This document shows positions 42,900 to 57,718 of a DNA stretch of 64,000 nt, one piece after another. The stretch lies in assembly GCF_009914755.1 (NCBI RefSeq), contig NC_060948.1; one strand, written 5' to 3'. This stretch comes from the human T2T-CHM13v2.0 reference genome, Homo sapiens. The position numbers were made by a program, and so were the translations under genes. How positions within the stretch are numbered: position 1 is the first letter of the stretch; the number at the start of each line of letters is the position of its first letter. Under the pieces are notes generated by a model. The model saw nothing but the letters and a program-made list of their open reading frames with translations. It made no database searches and was not told the DNA's origin.

Positions 42900-45800
42900 A
42901 GGCCTGGAATAAAGTGGAATGCTACGGTCTCGAATGGAATAAAAATGTATGGAATGGAATGCAATGAAACGGAATCGAATGTCATAGAATGTAATGGAAT
43001 GCAACAAAATGGAATCCAAAATCATTGACTGGAAAGGCTGGGTGTCGAAAGGAATTGACTCCAATGGAATGGACTCGAATGGAATGGAAGTGAATAGAAT
43101 CGAACTAAATCGAATGGAATGGAATTGATAGGAACGGAATGGAAAGGAATGCAATGATTTGGCATGGAATGGAATCGAATGGCATCGAATGGAATGGAAT
43201 GGAATGTAATGGAATGGAATGTATTAGAATGTAATGAGCTTTAATGGAATGTACTCGAATGGATTCGACTGGAATGGAATGTTCTGGAAGTGAATGGACT
43301 CCAATGGAATGGATTCAAAAGGAATGGAATCGTACGGAATGGAATCTAATGGAATGGAATTAAATGGAAATGAATCAAATTGAATAGCACGGAATTGAAT
43401 TGAATGGAATGGAATGCAATGGAATCTAATGAAACGGAAAGGAAAGGAATGGAATGGAATGGGCTGGAATGGAAAGGAATCGAAACGAATGGAATGGAAT
43501 CGAACTGAAGAGACTGGAATGGAATGCACTGGAATGGAAGGGAGTGTAATGGAAGGTTCTCGAAAAAAATGGAATCGAATGGAATGGAATTGAATGGAAC
43601 GGAATAGAGTCGAATGGAATTGAATGGAATGGAATGGACTAGAGGGAAATGGAATCGAACCACAAGGAATGGACAGGAATAGAATGGTCTCGAATTGAAT
43701 GGAATCGTATGGAATGGCATCAAACGGAATGGAATGGACAGCCACGGAATGGAATGCACTCGAATGCAATGGAGTCGAAACTAATGGAATGGAATGGAAT
43801 GGACTCGACTGGTACGGACTCCAATGGAATGGAATCGAATGGAAGGGAATCGAACGGAATGGACTCGAAGGGAAAAGACTGCAATGGAAAGGTCTCGAAT
43901 GGAATGGAAATTAATGGAATGGAATGGAATCGAATGAAATGGAGTCAAAAGGAATGGAATCGAATGGCAAGAAATCGAATGTAATGGAATCGCAAGGAAT
44001 TGATGTGAACGGAACGGAATGGAATGGAATCCAAAGGAATGGAATAGAATGGAATGGAATCGAATGGAAAGGACTCGAATGGAAATCACTGGAATAGAAT
44101 GCAATTTAATAAAATAGGATCAAATGTAATGGAATGGAATGGAAAGGAATCGAAACGAAAGGAATGGAGACAGATGGAATGGAATAGAACAGAGAGCAAT
44201 GGTATAGAATGGAATGGAATCATCTGGAATGGAATTGAATGGAATGGAATAATATGAAATGGAATGGAATGGAATGGAATGGAATGCCCTTGAATTAAAT
44301 GGACTGGAATGGAATGGACTCGAACAGAGTGGAATGGAAAGTGTTGAGATAGAATGGAATGGACTCCTTTGGAATGGTGTAGTATGCAATGCAATCGACT
44401 GGCATGGAATCAAAAGGAATGTAATGGAATGGATTGGACTGGAATGCAATGGACTCGAATAGATTGCAAACGGAATGCAAAGGAATGGAATGGAATAGTA
44501 TGGAATAGAATGGAAAGGAATGGAGTGGAATAGACTAGAGTGGAATGCAATGGACTGGAAAGCAATGGACTGGAATGGAACTTTCTTGAATGGACTGGAA
44601 TCAAACGGAATGGAATGCAATGCAATCAAATGGCATGGAATAAAATAGAATGAAAGAGAATCAAATGGAATTGAATCGAATGGAATCGAATGGATTGGAA
44701 AGGAATAGAATGGAATGGAATGGAATTGACTCAAATGGAATGGACTAGAATGGAATGGATTCGAATGGAAGGCAAAGGAATGGAATCTATTGGAATGGAC
44801 TGTAATGGAATGGAATGGAAGGGATTGGAATGGACTCGAATGGAATGGACTGCAATAGAAAGGATTCGAATGGAATGAAAAAGAATTGAATGGAATAGAA
44901 CAGAATGGAATCAAATCGAATGAAATGGAATGGAATAGAAAGGAATGGAATGAAATGGAATGGAAAGGATTCGAATGGAATGCAATCGAATGGAATGGAA
45001 TCGAACGGAATGGAATAAAATGGAAGAAAACTGGCAAGAAATGGAATCGAAATGAATGGAGTGTTATGGAACGGACTCAAAAGGAATTGAATGTAATAGA
45101 ATGGAGTGGAGTGGACTCGAATATAATGGACTGGAATGGAATGAAATCACATGGAATGGGAACGAATGGAATGGAATGGAAAGGAATGGAATCGAATGGA
45201 AAGGAATCGAATGGAAGGGAATGAAATTGAATCAACAGGAATGGAAGGGAATAGAATAGACGGTAATGGAATGGACTCGAATAGAATGGACACGAATGCT
45301 CAAATTGAATGGACTCGAATGGAATGGAAACGAAAGGAATGTCATCGAATGGAATTGAATCGATTGGAATGAAATCGCATAGAATGGAGTGGAATCAAAT
45401 GGAATTGAATCGAAAGGAAAGGAAGCGAATGGACTGAAATGAAATGGAATGGAATTGAATGGAAAGTAATGCAATGGAATAGAATGGAACGAAATTTCAC
45501 GGAATGGAATCAAACTGAATGGAATCAAATCAATGGAATCTAATCAAATGGAATGGAAAGGAATTGAATGGAGTAGATTGGATTGGATGGGATTGGAATG
45601 AAATGTACTGGAAAGGACTCGAATTTCATGAAACGGCATGGAATGAATTGGAACGGAATGGACTCGAATGGAATGGAATGTCATGGAATGGCATCAAATG
45701 GAATGGCATCAAATGGAATGGAATCGAATGCAATGGAATGCTATGGAATGGAATGGAATGCATTGGAATGGAATGTCCTCTAATGGAATGGATTCGAGTG

Positions 45801-46453
45801 GAATGGAATCGAATATAATGGAGTCGAATGAAATGGAATTGAAAGGAATGGGATCGAATACAATGGAATATACTGGAATGTAATGTAATGAACTCGAATG
45901 TAATTGACTGGAATGGAATGTACATGAATGGAATGTAATCGAATGGAAAGTAATCCAGTGGAATAGAATCTAATGCAATAAAATCGACTCAGATAGAGTA
46001 GAATGTAATGGATTGGAGTGCAGTGCAATGGAATGGAATGGAATGGAATGCAATTGAATGGAATGGAATGGAATGGAATGGAATGGAATGGGATGGAATG
46101 GTATGGAATGGATAGTAATGGACTGGAGTGAAATGGACTGGAAAGGAATGGACTCAAATTGAAAGGGCTCGAAAGGAATGGAGTCAAATGGAATGGTCTG
46201 GAATGGAATGAACACGAATGTAATGCAATCCAATAGAATGTAATCGAATGGCATGGAATATAAAGAAATGGAATCGGAGAGAATGGAAACAAATGGAGTG
46301 GAATTGAATGGAATGGAATTGAATGGACTGGGAACGAATGGAGTGAAATTGTATGCAGTAGATGGGAATAGAATGGAATGCAAGCGAAAGGAAAGGAATG
46401 GATTGGAATGGAATGGAATTCATTGGAATGGAAGGGAATGTAGTGTAATGGAC
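42900..46453 (+). repeat. Unit U13 (3,554 bp)
   Basis: AGGCCT at 42900 and 46454. Confidence 0.9.
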
Positions 46454-49400
46454 AGGCCTGGAATAAAGTGGAATGCTACGGTCTCGAATGGAATAAAAAT
46501 GTATGGAATGGAATGCAATGAAATGGAATCGAATGTCATAGAATGTAATGGAATGCAACAAAATGGAATCCAAAATCATTGACTGGAAAGGGTGGGTGTC
46601 GAAAGGAATTGACTCCAATGGAATGGAATCGAATGGAATGGAAGTGAATAGAATCGAACTAAATCGAATGGAATGGAATTGATAGGAACGGAATGGAAAG
46701 GAATGCAATGATTTGGCATGGAATGGAATCGAATGGCATCGAACGGAATGGAATGGAATGCAATGGAATGGAATGTATTAGAATGTAATGAACTTTAATG
46801 GAATGTACTCGAATGGATTCGACTGGAATGGAATGTTCTGGAAGTGAATGGACTCCAATGGAATGGATTCAAAAGGAATGGAATCGTACGGAATGGAATC
46901 TAATGGAATGGAATTAAATGGAAATGAATCAAATTGAATAGCACGCAATTGAATTGAATGGAATGGAATGCAATGGAATCTAATGAAACGGCAAGGAAAG
47001 GAATGGAATGGAATGGAATGGGCTGGAATGGAAAGGAATCGAAACGAATGGAATGGAATCGAACTGAAGAGACTGGAATGGAATGCACTGGAATGGAAGG
47101 GAGTGTAATGGAAGCTTCTCGAAAAAAATGGAATCGAATGGAATGGAATTGAATGGAACGGAATAGAGTCGAATGGAATTGAATGGAATGGAATGGACTA
47201 GAGTGAAATGGAATCGAACCACAAGGAATGGACAGGAATAGAATGGTCTCGAATTGAATGGAATCGTATGGAATGGCATCAAACGGAATGGAATGGACAG
47301 CCACGGAATGGAATGCACTCGAATGCAATGGAGTCGACACTAATGGACTGGAATAGAATGGACTCGACTGGTACGGACTCCAATGGAATGGAATCGAATG
47401 GAAGGGAATCGAACGGAATGGACTCGAAGGGAAAAGACTGCAATGGAAAGGTCTCGAATGGAATGGAAATTAATGGAATGGAATGGAATCGAATGAAATG
47501 GAGTCAAAAGGAATGGAATCGAATGGCAAGAAATCGAATGTAATGGAATCGCAAGGAATTGATGTGAACGGAACGGAATGGAATGGAATCCAAAGGAATG
47601 GAATAGAATGGAATGGAATCGAATGGAAAGGACTCGAATGGAAATCACTCGAATAGAATGCAATTTAATAAAATAGGATCAAATGTAATGGAATGGAATG
47701 GAAAGGAATCGAAACGAAAGGAATGGAGACAGATGGAATGGAATGGAACAGAGAGCAATGGTATAGAATGGAATGGAATCATCTGGAATGGAATTGAATG
47801 GAATGGAATAATATGAAATGGAATGGAATGGAATGGAATGGAATGCCCTTGAATTAAATGGACTGGAATGGAATGGACTCGAACAGAGTGGAATGGAAAG
47901 TGTTGAGATAGAATGGAATGGACTCCTTTGGAATGGTGTAGTATGCAATGCAATCGACTGGCAGGGAATCAAAAGGAATGTAATCGAATGGATTGGACTG
48001 GAATGCAATGGACTCGAATAGATTGGAAACGGAATGCAAAGGAATGGAATGGAATAGTATGGAATGGAATGGAAAGGAATGGAGTGGAATAGACTAGAGT
48101 GGAATGGAATGGACTGGAAAGCAATGGACTGGAATGGAACTTTCTTGAATGGACTGGAATCAAACGGAATGGAATGCAATACAATCAAATGGCATGGAAT
48201 AAAATAGAATGAAAGAGAATCAAATGGAATTGAATCGAATGGAATCGAATGGATTGGAAAGGAATAGAATGGAATGGAATGGAATTGACTCAAATGGAAT
48301 GGACTAGAATGGAATGGATTCGAATGGAAGGCAAAGGAATGGAATCTATTGGAATGGACTGTAATGGAATGGAATGGAAGGGATTGGAATGGACTCGAAT
48401 GGAATGGACTGCAATAGAAAGGATTCGAATGGAATGAAAAAGAATTGAATGGAATAGAACAGAATGGAATCAAATCGAATGAAATGGAATGGAATAGAAA
48501 GGAATGGAATGAAATGGAATGGAAAGGATTCGAATGGAATGCAATCGAATGGAATGGAATCGAACGGAATGGAATAAAATGGAAGAAAACTGGCAAGAAA
48601 TGGAATCGAAATGAATGGAGTGTTATGGAACGGACTCAAAAGGAATTGAATGTAATAGAATGGAGTGGAGTGGACTCGAATATAATGGACTGGAATGGAA
48701 TGAAATCACATGGAATGGGAACGAATGGAATGGAATGGAAAGGAATGGACTCGAATGGAAAGGAATCGAATGGAAGGGAATGAAATTGAATCAACAGGAA
48801 TGGAAGGGAATAGAATAGACGGTAATGGAATGGACTCGAATAGAATGGACACGAATGCTCAAATTGAATGGACTCGAATGGAATGGAAACGAAAGGAATG
48901 TCATCGAATGGAATTGAATCGATTGGAATGAAATCGCATAGAATGGAGTGGAATCAAATGGAATTGAATCGAAAGGAAAGGAAGCGAATGGACTGAAATG
49001 AAATGGAATGGAATTGAATGGAAAGTAATGCAATGGAATAGAATGGAACGAAATTTCACGGAATGGAATCAAACTGAATGGAATCAAATCAATGGCATCA
49101 AATCAAATGGAATGGAAAGGAATTGAATGGAGTAGATTGGATTGGATGGGATTGGAATGAAATGTACTGGAAAGGACTCGAATTTCATGAAACGGAATGG
49201 AATGAATTGGAACGGAATGGACTCGAATGGAATGGAATGTCATGGAATGGCATCAAATGGAATGGCATCAAATGGAATGGAATCGAATGCAATGGAATGC
49301 TATGGAATGGAATGGAATGCATTGGAATGGAATGTCCTCTAATGGAATGGATTCGAGTGGAATGGAATCGAATATAATGGAGTCGAATGAAATGGAATTG

Positions 49401-50022
49401 AAAGGAATGGGATCGAATACAATGGAATATACTGGAATGTAATGTAATGAACTCGAATGTAATTGACTGGAATGGAATGTACATGAATGGAATGTAATCG
49501 AATGGAAAGTAATCCAATGGAATAGAATCTAATGCAATAAAACCGACTCAGATAGAGTAGAATGTAATGGAATGGAGTGCAGTGCAATGGAAGGGAATGG
49601 AATTGAATGCAATGGAATGGAATGGAATGGAATGGAATGGAATGGAATGGAATGGAATGGGATGGAATGGTATGGAATGGATAGTAATGGACTGGAGTGA
49701 AATGGACTGGAAAGGAATGGACTCAAATTGAAAGGGCTCGAAAGGAATGGAGTCAAATGGAATGGTCTGGAATGGAATGAACACGAAAGTAATGCAATCC
49801 AATAGAATGGAATCGAATGGCATGGAATATAAAGAAATGGAATCGAAGAGAATGGAAACAAATGGAATGGAATTGAATGGAATGGAATTGAATGGAATGG
49901 GAACGAATGGAGTGAAATTGTATGCAGTAGAAGGGAATAGAATGTAATGTAAGCGAAAGGAAAGGAATGGATTGGAATGGAATGGAATTCATTGGAATGG
50001 AAGGGAATGTAGTGTAATGGAC
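46454..50022 (+). repeat. Unit U14 (3,569 bp)
   Basis: AGGCCT at 46454 and 50023. Confidence 0.9.
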
Positions 50023-52083
50023 AGGCCTGGAATAAAGTGGAATGCTACGGTCTCGAATGGAATAAAAATGTATGGAATGGAATGCAATGAAACGGAATCG
50101 AATGTCATAAAATGTAATGGAATGCAAAAAAATGGAATCCAAAATCATTGACTGGAAAGGCTGGGTGTCGAAAGGAATTGACTCCAATGGAATGGAATCG
50201 AATGGAATGGAAGTGAATAGAATCGAACTAAATCGAATGGAATGGAATTGATAGGAACGGAATGGAAAGGAATGCAATGATTTGGCATGGAATGGAATCG
50301 AATGGCATCGAATGGAATGGAATGGAATGCAATGGAATGGAATGTATTAGAATGTAATGAACTTTAATGGAATGTACTCGAATGGATTCGACTGGAATGG
50401 AATGTTCTGGAAGTGAATGGGCTCCAATGGAATGGAATCAAAAGGAATGGAATCGTACGGAATGGAATCTAATGTAATGGAATTAAATGGAAATGAATCA
50501 AATTGAATAGCACGGAATTGAATTGAATGGAATCGAATGCAATGGAATCTAATGAAACGGAAAGGAAAGGAATGGAATGGAATGGAATGGGCTGGAATGG
50601 AAAGGAATCGAAACGAATGGAATGGAATCGAACTGAAGAGACTGGAATGGAATGCACTGGAATGGAAGGGAGTGTAATGGAAGGTTCTCGAAAGAAATGG
50701 AATCGAATGGAATGGAATTGAATGGAACGGAATAGAGTCGAATGGAATTGAATGGAATGGAATGGACTAGAGTGAAATGGAATCGAACCACAAGGAATGG
50801 ACAGGAATAGAATGGTCTCGAATTGAATGGAATCGTATGGAATGGCATCAAACGGAATGGAATGGACAGCCACGGAATGGAATGCACTCGAATGCAATGG
50901 AGTCGAAACTAATGGACTGGAATAGAATGGACTCGACTGGTACGGACTCCAATGGAATGGAATCGAATGGAAGGGAATCGAACGGAATGGACTCGAAGGG
51001 AAAAGACTGCAATGGAAAGGTCTCGAATGGAATGGAAATTAATGGAATGGAATGGAATCGAATGAAATGGAGTCAAAAGGAATGGAATCGAATGGCAAGA
51101 AATCGAATGTAATGGAATCGCAAGGAATTGATGTGAACGGAACGGAATGGAATGGAATCCAAAGGAATGGAATAGAATGGAATGGAATCGAATGGAAAGG
51201 ACTAGAATGGAAATCACTCGAATAGAATGCAATTTAATAAAATAGGATCAAATGTAATGGAATGGAATGGAAAGGAATCGAAACGAAAGGAATGGAGACA
51301 GATGGAATGGAATGGAACAGAGAGCAATGGTATAGAATGGAATGGAATCATCTGGAATGGAATTGAATGGAATGGAATAATATGAAATGGAATGGAATGG
51401 AATGGAATGGAATGCCCTTGAATTAAATGGACTGGAATGGAATGGACTCGAACAGAGTGGAATGGAAAGTGTTGAGATAGAATGGAATGGACTCCTTTGG
51501 AATGGTCTAGTATGCAATGCAATCGACTGGCAGGGAATCAAAAGGAATGTAATGGAATGGATTGGACTGGAATGCAATGGACAGGAATAGATTGGAAACG
51601 GAATGCAAAGGAATGGAATGGAATAGTATGGAATGGAATGGAAAGGAATGGAGTGGAATAGACTAGAGTGGAATGCAATGGACTGGAAAGCAATGGACTG
51701 GAATGGAACTTTCTTGAATGGACTGGAATCAAACGGAATGGAATGCAATGCAATCAAATGGCATGGAATAAAATAGAATGAAAGAGAATCAAATGGAATT
51801 GAATCGAATGGAATCGAATGGATTGGAAAGGAATAGAATGGAATGGAATGGAATTCACTCAAATGGAATGGACTAGAATGGAATGGATTCGAATGGAAGG
51901 CAAAGGAATGGAATCTATTGGAATGGACTGTAATGGAATGGAATGGAATTGAATGGAATGGGAACGAATGGAGTGAAATTGTATGCAGTAGAAGGGAATA
52001 GAATGGAATTCAAGCAAAAGGAAAGGAATGGATTGGAATGGAATGGAATTCATTGGAATGGAAGGGAATGTAGTGTAATGGAC
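50023..52083 (+). repeat. Truncated unit U15 (2,061 bp; ~1.5 kb internal deletion)
   Basis: AGGCCT at 50023 and 52084; ggactgtaat joins directly to gggaacgaatggagtg near 51940. Confidence 0.93.
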
Positions 52084-55000
52084 AGGCCTGGAATAAAGTG
52101 GAATGCTACGGTCTCGAATGGAATAAAAATGTATGGAATGGAATGCAATGAAATGGAATCGAATGTCATAGAATGTAATGGAATGCAACAAAATGGAATC
52201 CAATATCATTGACTGGAAAGGCTGGGTGTTGAAAGGAATTGACTCCAATGGAATGGAATCGAATGGAATGGAAGTGAATAGAATCGAACTAAATCGAATG
52301 GAATGGAATTGATAGGAACGGAATGGAAAGGAATGCAATGATTTGGCATGGAATGGAATCGAATGGCATCGAATGGAATGGAATGGAATGCAATGGAATG
52401 GAATGTATTAGAATGTAATGAACTTTAATGGAATGTACTCGAATGGATTCGACTGGAATGGAATGTTCTGGAAGTGAATGGACTCCAATGGAATGGATTC
52501 AAAAGGAATGGAATCGTACGGAATGGAATCTAATGGAATGGAATTAAATGGAAATGAATCAAATTGAATAGCACGGAATTGAATTGAATGGAATGGAATG
52601 CAATGGAATCTAATGAAACGGAAAGGAAAGGAATGGAATGGAATGGAATGGGCTGGAATGGAAAGGAATCGAAACGAATGGAATGGAATCGAACTGAAGA
52701 GACTGGAATGGAATGCACTGGAATGGAAGGGAGTGTAATGGAAGGTTCTCGAAAAAAATGGAATGGAATGGAATGGAATTGAATGGAACGGAATAGAGTC
52801 GAATGGAATTGAATGGAATGGAATGGACTAGAGTGAAATGGAATCGAACCACAAGGAATGGACAGGAATAGAATGGTCTCGAATTGAATGGAATCGTATG
52901 GAATGGCATCAAACGGAATGGAATGGACAGCCACGGAATGGAATGCACTCGAATGCAATGGAGTCGAAACTAATGGACTGGAATAGAATGGACTCGACTG
53001 GTACGGACTCCAATGGAATGGAATCGAATGGAAGGGAATCGAACCGAATGGACTCGAAGGGAAAAGACTGCAATGGAAAGGTCTCGAATGGAATGGAAAT
53101 TAATGGAATGGAATGGAATCGAATGAAATGGAGTCAAAAGGAATGGAATCGAATGGCAAGAAATCGAATGTAATGGAATCACAAGGAATTGATGTGAACG
53201 GAACGGAATGGAATGGAATCCAAAGGAATGGAATAGAATGGAATGGAATCGAATGGAAAGGACTCGAATGGCAATCACTCGAATAGAATGCAATTTAATA
53301 AAATAGGATCAAATGTAATGGAATGGAATGGAAAGGAATCGAAACGAAAGGAATGGAGACAGATGGAATGGAATGGAACAGAGAGCAATGGTATAGAATG
53401 GAATGGAATCATCTGGAATGGAATTGAATGGAATGGAATAATATGAAATGGAATGGAATGGAATGGAATGGAATGCCCTTGAATTAAATGGACTGGAATG
53501 GAATGGACTCGAACAGAGTGGAATGGAAAGTGTTGAGATAGAATGGAATGGACTCCTTTGGAATGGTCTAGTATGCAATGCAATCGACTGGCAGGGAATC
53601 AAAAGGAATGTAATCGAATGGATTGGACTGGAATGCAATGGACTCGAATAGATTGGAAACGGAATGCAAAGGAATGGAATGGAATAGTATGGAATGGAAT
53701 GGAAAGGAATGGAGTGGAATAGACTAGAGTGGAATGGAATGGACTGGAAAGCAATGGACTGGAATGGAACTTTCTTGAATGGACTGGAATCAAACGGAAT
53801 GGAATGCAATGCAATCAAATGGCATGGAATAAAATAGAATGAAAGAGAATCAAATGGAATTGAATCGAATGGAATCGAATGGATTGGAAAGGAATAGAAT
53901 GGAATGGAATAGAATGGACTCAAATGGAATGGACTAGAATGGAATGGATTCGAATGGAAGGCAAAGGAATGGAATCTATTGGAATGGACTGTAATTGAAT
54001 GGAATGGAAGGGATTGGAATGGACTCGAATAGAATGGACTGCAATAGAAAGGATTCGAATGGAATGAAAAAGAATTGAATGGAATAGAACAGAATGGAAT
54101 CAAATCGAATGAAATGGAATGGAATAGAAAGGAATGGAATGAAATGGAATGGAAAGGATTCGAATGGAATGCAATCGAATGGAATGGAATCGAACGGAAT
54201 GGAATAAAATGGAAGAAAACTGGCAAGAAATGGAATCGAAATGAATGGAGTGTTATGGAACGGACTCAAAAGGAATTGAATGTAATAGAATGGAGTGGAG
54301 TGGACTCGAATATAATGGACTGGAATGGAATGAAATCACATGGAATGGGAACGAATGGAATGGAATGGAAAGGAATGGAATCGAATGGAAAGGAATCGAA
54401 TGGAAGGGAATGAAATTGAATCAACAGGAATGGAAGGGAATAGAATAGACGGTAATGGAATGGACTCGAATAGAATGGACACGAATGCTCAAATTGAATG
54501 GACTCGAATGGAATGGAAACGAAAGGAATGTCATCGAATGGAATTGAATCGATTGGAATGAAATCGCATAGAATGGAGTGGAATCAAATGGAATTGAATC
54601 GAAAGGAAAGGAAGCGAATGGACTGAAATGAAATGGAATGGAATTGAATGGAAAGTAATGCAATGGAATAGAATGGAACGAAATTTCACGGAATGGAATC
54701 AAACTGAATGGAATCAAATCAATGGAATCAAATCAAATGGAACGGAAAGGAATTGAATGGAGTAGATTGGATTGGATGGGATTGGAATGAAATGTACTGG
54801 AAAGGACTCGAATTTCATGAAACGGAATGGAATGAATTGGAACGGAATGGACTCGAATGGAATGGAATGTCATGGAATGGCATCAAATGGAATGGCATCA
54901 AATGGAATGGAATCGAATGCAATGGAATGCTATGGAATGGAATGGAATGCATTGGAATGGAATGTCCTCTAATGGAATGGATTCGAGTGGAATGGAATCG

Positions 55001-55657
55001 AATATAATGGAGTCGAATGAAATGGAATTGAAAGGAATGGGATCGAATACAATGGAATATACTGGAATGTAATGTAATGAACTCGAATGTAATTGACTGG
55101 AATGGAATGTACATGAATGGAAGGTAATCGAATGGAAAGTAATCCAATGGAATAGAATCTAATGCAATAAAACCGACTCAGATAGAGTAGAATGTAATGG
55201 AATGGAGTGCAGTGCAATGGAATGGAATGGAATTGAATGCAATGGAATGGAATGGAATGGAATGGAATGGAATGGAATGGAATGGAATGGAATGGGATGG
55301 AATGGTATGGAATGGATAGTAATGGACTGGAGTGAAATGGACTGGAAAGGAATGGACTCAAATTGAAAGGGCTCGAAAGGAATGGAGTCAAATGGAATGG
55401 TCTGGAATGGAATGAACACGAATGTAATGCAATCCAATAGAATGGAATCGAATGGCATGGAATATAAAGAAATGGATTCGAAGAGAATGGAAACAAATGG
55501 AATGGAATTGAATGGAATGGAATTGAATGGAATGGGAACGAATGGAGTGAAATTGTATGCAGTAGAAGGGAATAGAAAGGAATGCAAGCGAAAGGAAAGG
55601 AATGGATTGGAATGGAATGGAATTCATTGGAATGGAAGGGAATGTAGTGTAATGGAC
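52084..55657 (+). repeat. Unit U16 (3,574 bp)
   Basis: AGGCCT at 52084 and 55658. Confidence 0.9.
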
Positions 55658-57718
55658 AGGCCTGGAATAAAGTGGAATGCTACGGTCTCGAATGGAATAA
55701 AAATGTATGGAATGGAATGCAATGAAATGGAATCGAATGTCATAGAATGTAATGGAATGCAACAAAATGGAATCCAATATCATTGACTGGAAAGGCTGGG
55801 TGTCGAAAGGAATTGACTCCAATGGAATGGAATCGAATGGAATGGAAGTGAATAGAATCGAACTAAATCGAATGGAATGGAATTGATAGGAACGGAATGG
55901 AAAGGAATGCAATGATTTGGCATGGAATGGAATCGAATGGCATCGAATGGAATGGAATGGAATGCAATGGAATGGAATGTATTAGAATGGAATGAACTTT
56001 AATGGAATGTACTCGAATGGATTCGACTGGAATGGAATGTTCTGGAAGTGAATGGACTCCAATGGAATGGATTCAAAAGGAATGGAATCGTACGGAATGG
56101 AATCTAATGGAATGGAATTAAATGGAAATGAATCAAATTGAATAGCACGGAATTGAATTGAATGGAATGGAATGCAATGGAATCTAATGAAACGGAAAGG
56201 AAAGGAATGGAATGGAATGGAATGGGCTGGAATGGAAAGGAATCGAAACGAATGGAATGGAATCGAACTGAAGAGACTGGAATGGAATGCACTGGAATGG
56301 AAGGGAGTGTAATGGAAGGTTCTCGAAAAAAATGGAATCGAATGGAATGGAATTGAATGGAACGGAATAGAGTCGAATGGAATTGAATGGAATGGAATGG
56401 ACTAGAGTGAAATGGAATCGAACCACAAGGAATGGAGAGGAATAGAATGGTCTCGAATTGAATGGAATCGTATGGAATGGCATCAAACGGAATGGAATGG
56501 ACAGCCACGGAATGGAATGCACTCGAATGCAATGGAGTCGAAACTAATGGACTGGAATAGAATGGACTCGACTGGTACGGACTCCAATGGAATGGAATCG
56601 AATGGAAGGGAATCGAACGGAATGGACTCGAAGGGAAAAGACTGCAATGGAAAGGTCTCGAATGGAATGGAAATTAATGGAATGGAATGGAATCGAATGA
56701 AATGGAGTCAAAAGGAATGGAATCGAATGGCAAGAAATCGAATGTAATGGAATCGCAAGGAATTGATGTGAACGGAACGGAATGGAATGGAATCCAAAGG
56801 AATGGAATAGAATGGAATGGAATCGAATGGAAAGGACTAGAATGGAAATCACTCGAATAGAATGCAATTTAATAAAATAGGATCAAATGTAATGGAATGG
56901 AATGGAAAGGAATCGAAACGAAAGGAATGGAGACAGATGGAATGGAATGGAACAGAGAGCAATGGTATAGAATGGAATGGAATCATCTGGAATGGAATTG
57001 AATGGAATGGAATAATATGAAATGGAATGGAATAGAATGGAATGGAATGCCCTTGAATTAAATGGACTGGAATGGAATGGACTCGAACAGAGTGGAATGG
57101 AAAGTGTTGAGATAGAATGGAATGGACTCCTTTGGAATGGTCTAGTATGCAATGCAATCGACTGGCAGGGAATCAAAAGGAATGTAATGGAATGGATTGG
57201 ACTGGAATGCAATGGACAGGAATAGATTGGAAACGGAATGCAAAGGAATGGAATGGAATAGTATGGAATGGAATGGAAAGGAATGGAGTGGAATAGACTA
57301 GAGTGGAATGCAATGGACTGGAAAGCAATGGACTGGAATGGAACTTTCTTGAATGGACTGGAATCAAACGGAATGGAATGCAATGCAATCAAATGGCATG
57401 GAATAAAATAGAATGAAAGAGAATCAAATGGAATTGAATCGAATGGAATCGAATGGATTGGAAAGGAATAGAATGGAATGGAATGGAATTCACTCAAATG
57501 GAATGGACTAGAATGGAATGGATTCGAATGGAAGGCAAAGGAATGGAATCTATTGGAATGGACTGTAATGGAATGGAATGGAATTGAATGGAATGGGAAC
57601 GAATGGAGTGAAATTGTATGCAGTAGAAGGGAATAGAATGGAATGCAAGCAAAAGGAAAGGAATGGATTGGAATGGAATGGAATTCATTGGAATGGAAGG
57701 GAATGTAGTGTAATGGAC
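55658..57718 (+). repeat. Truncated unit U17 (2,061 bp; same deletion as U15)
   Basis: AGGCCT at 55658 and 57719; identical junction near 57575. Confidence 0.93.
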
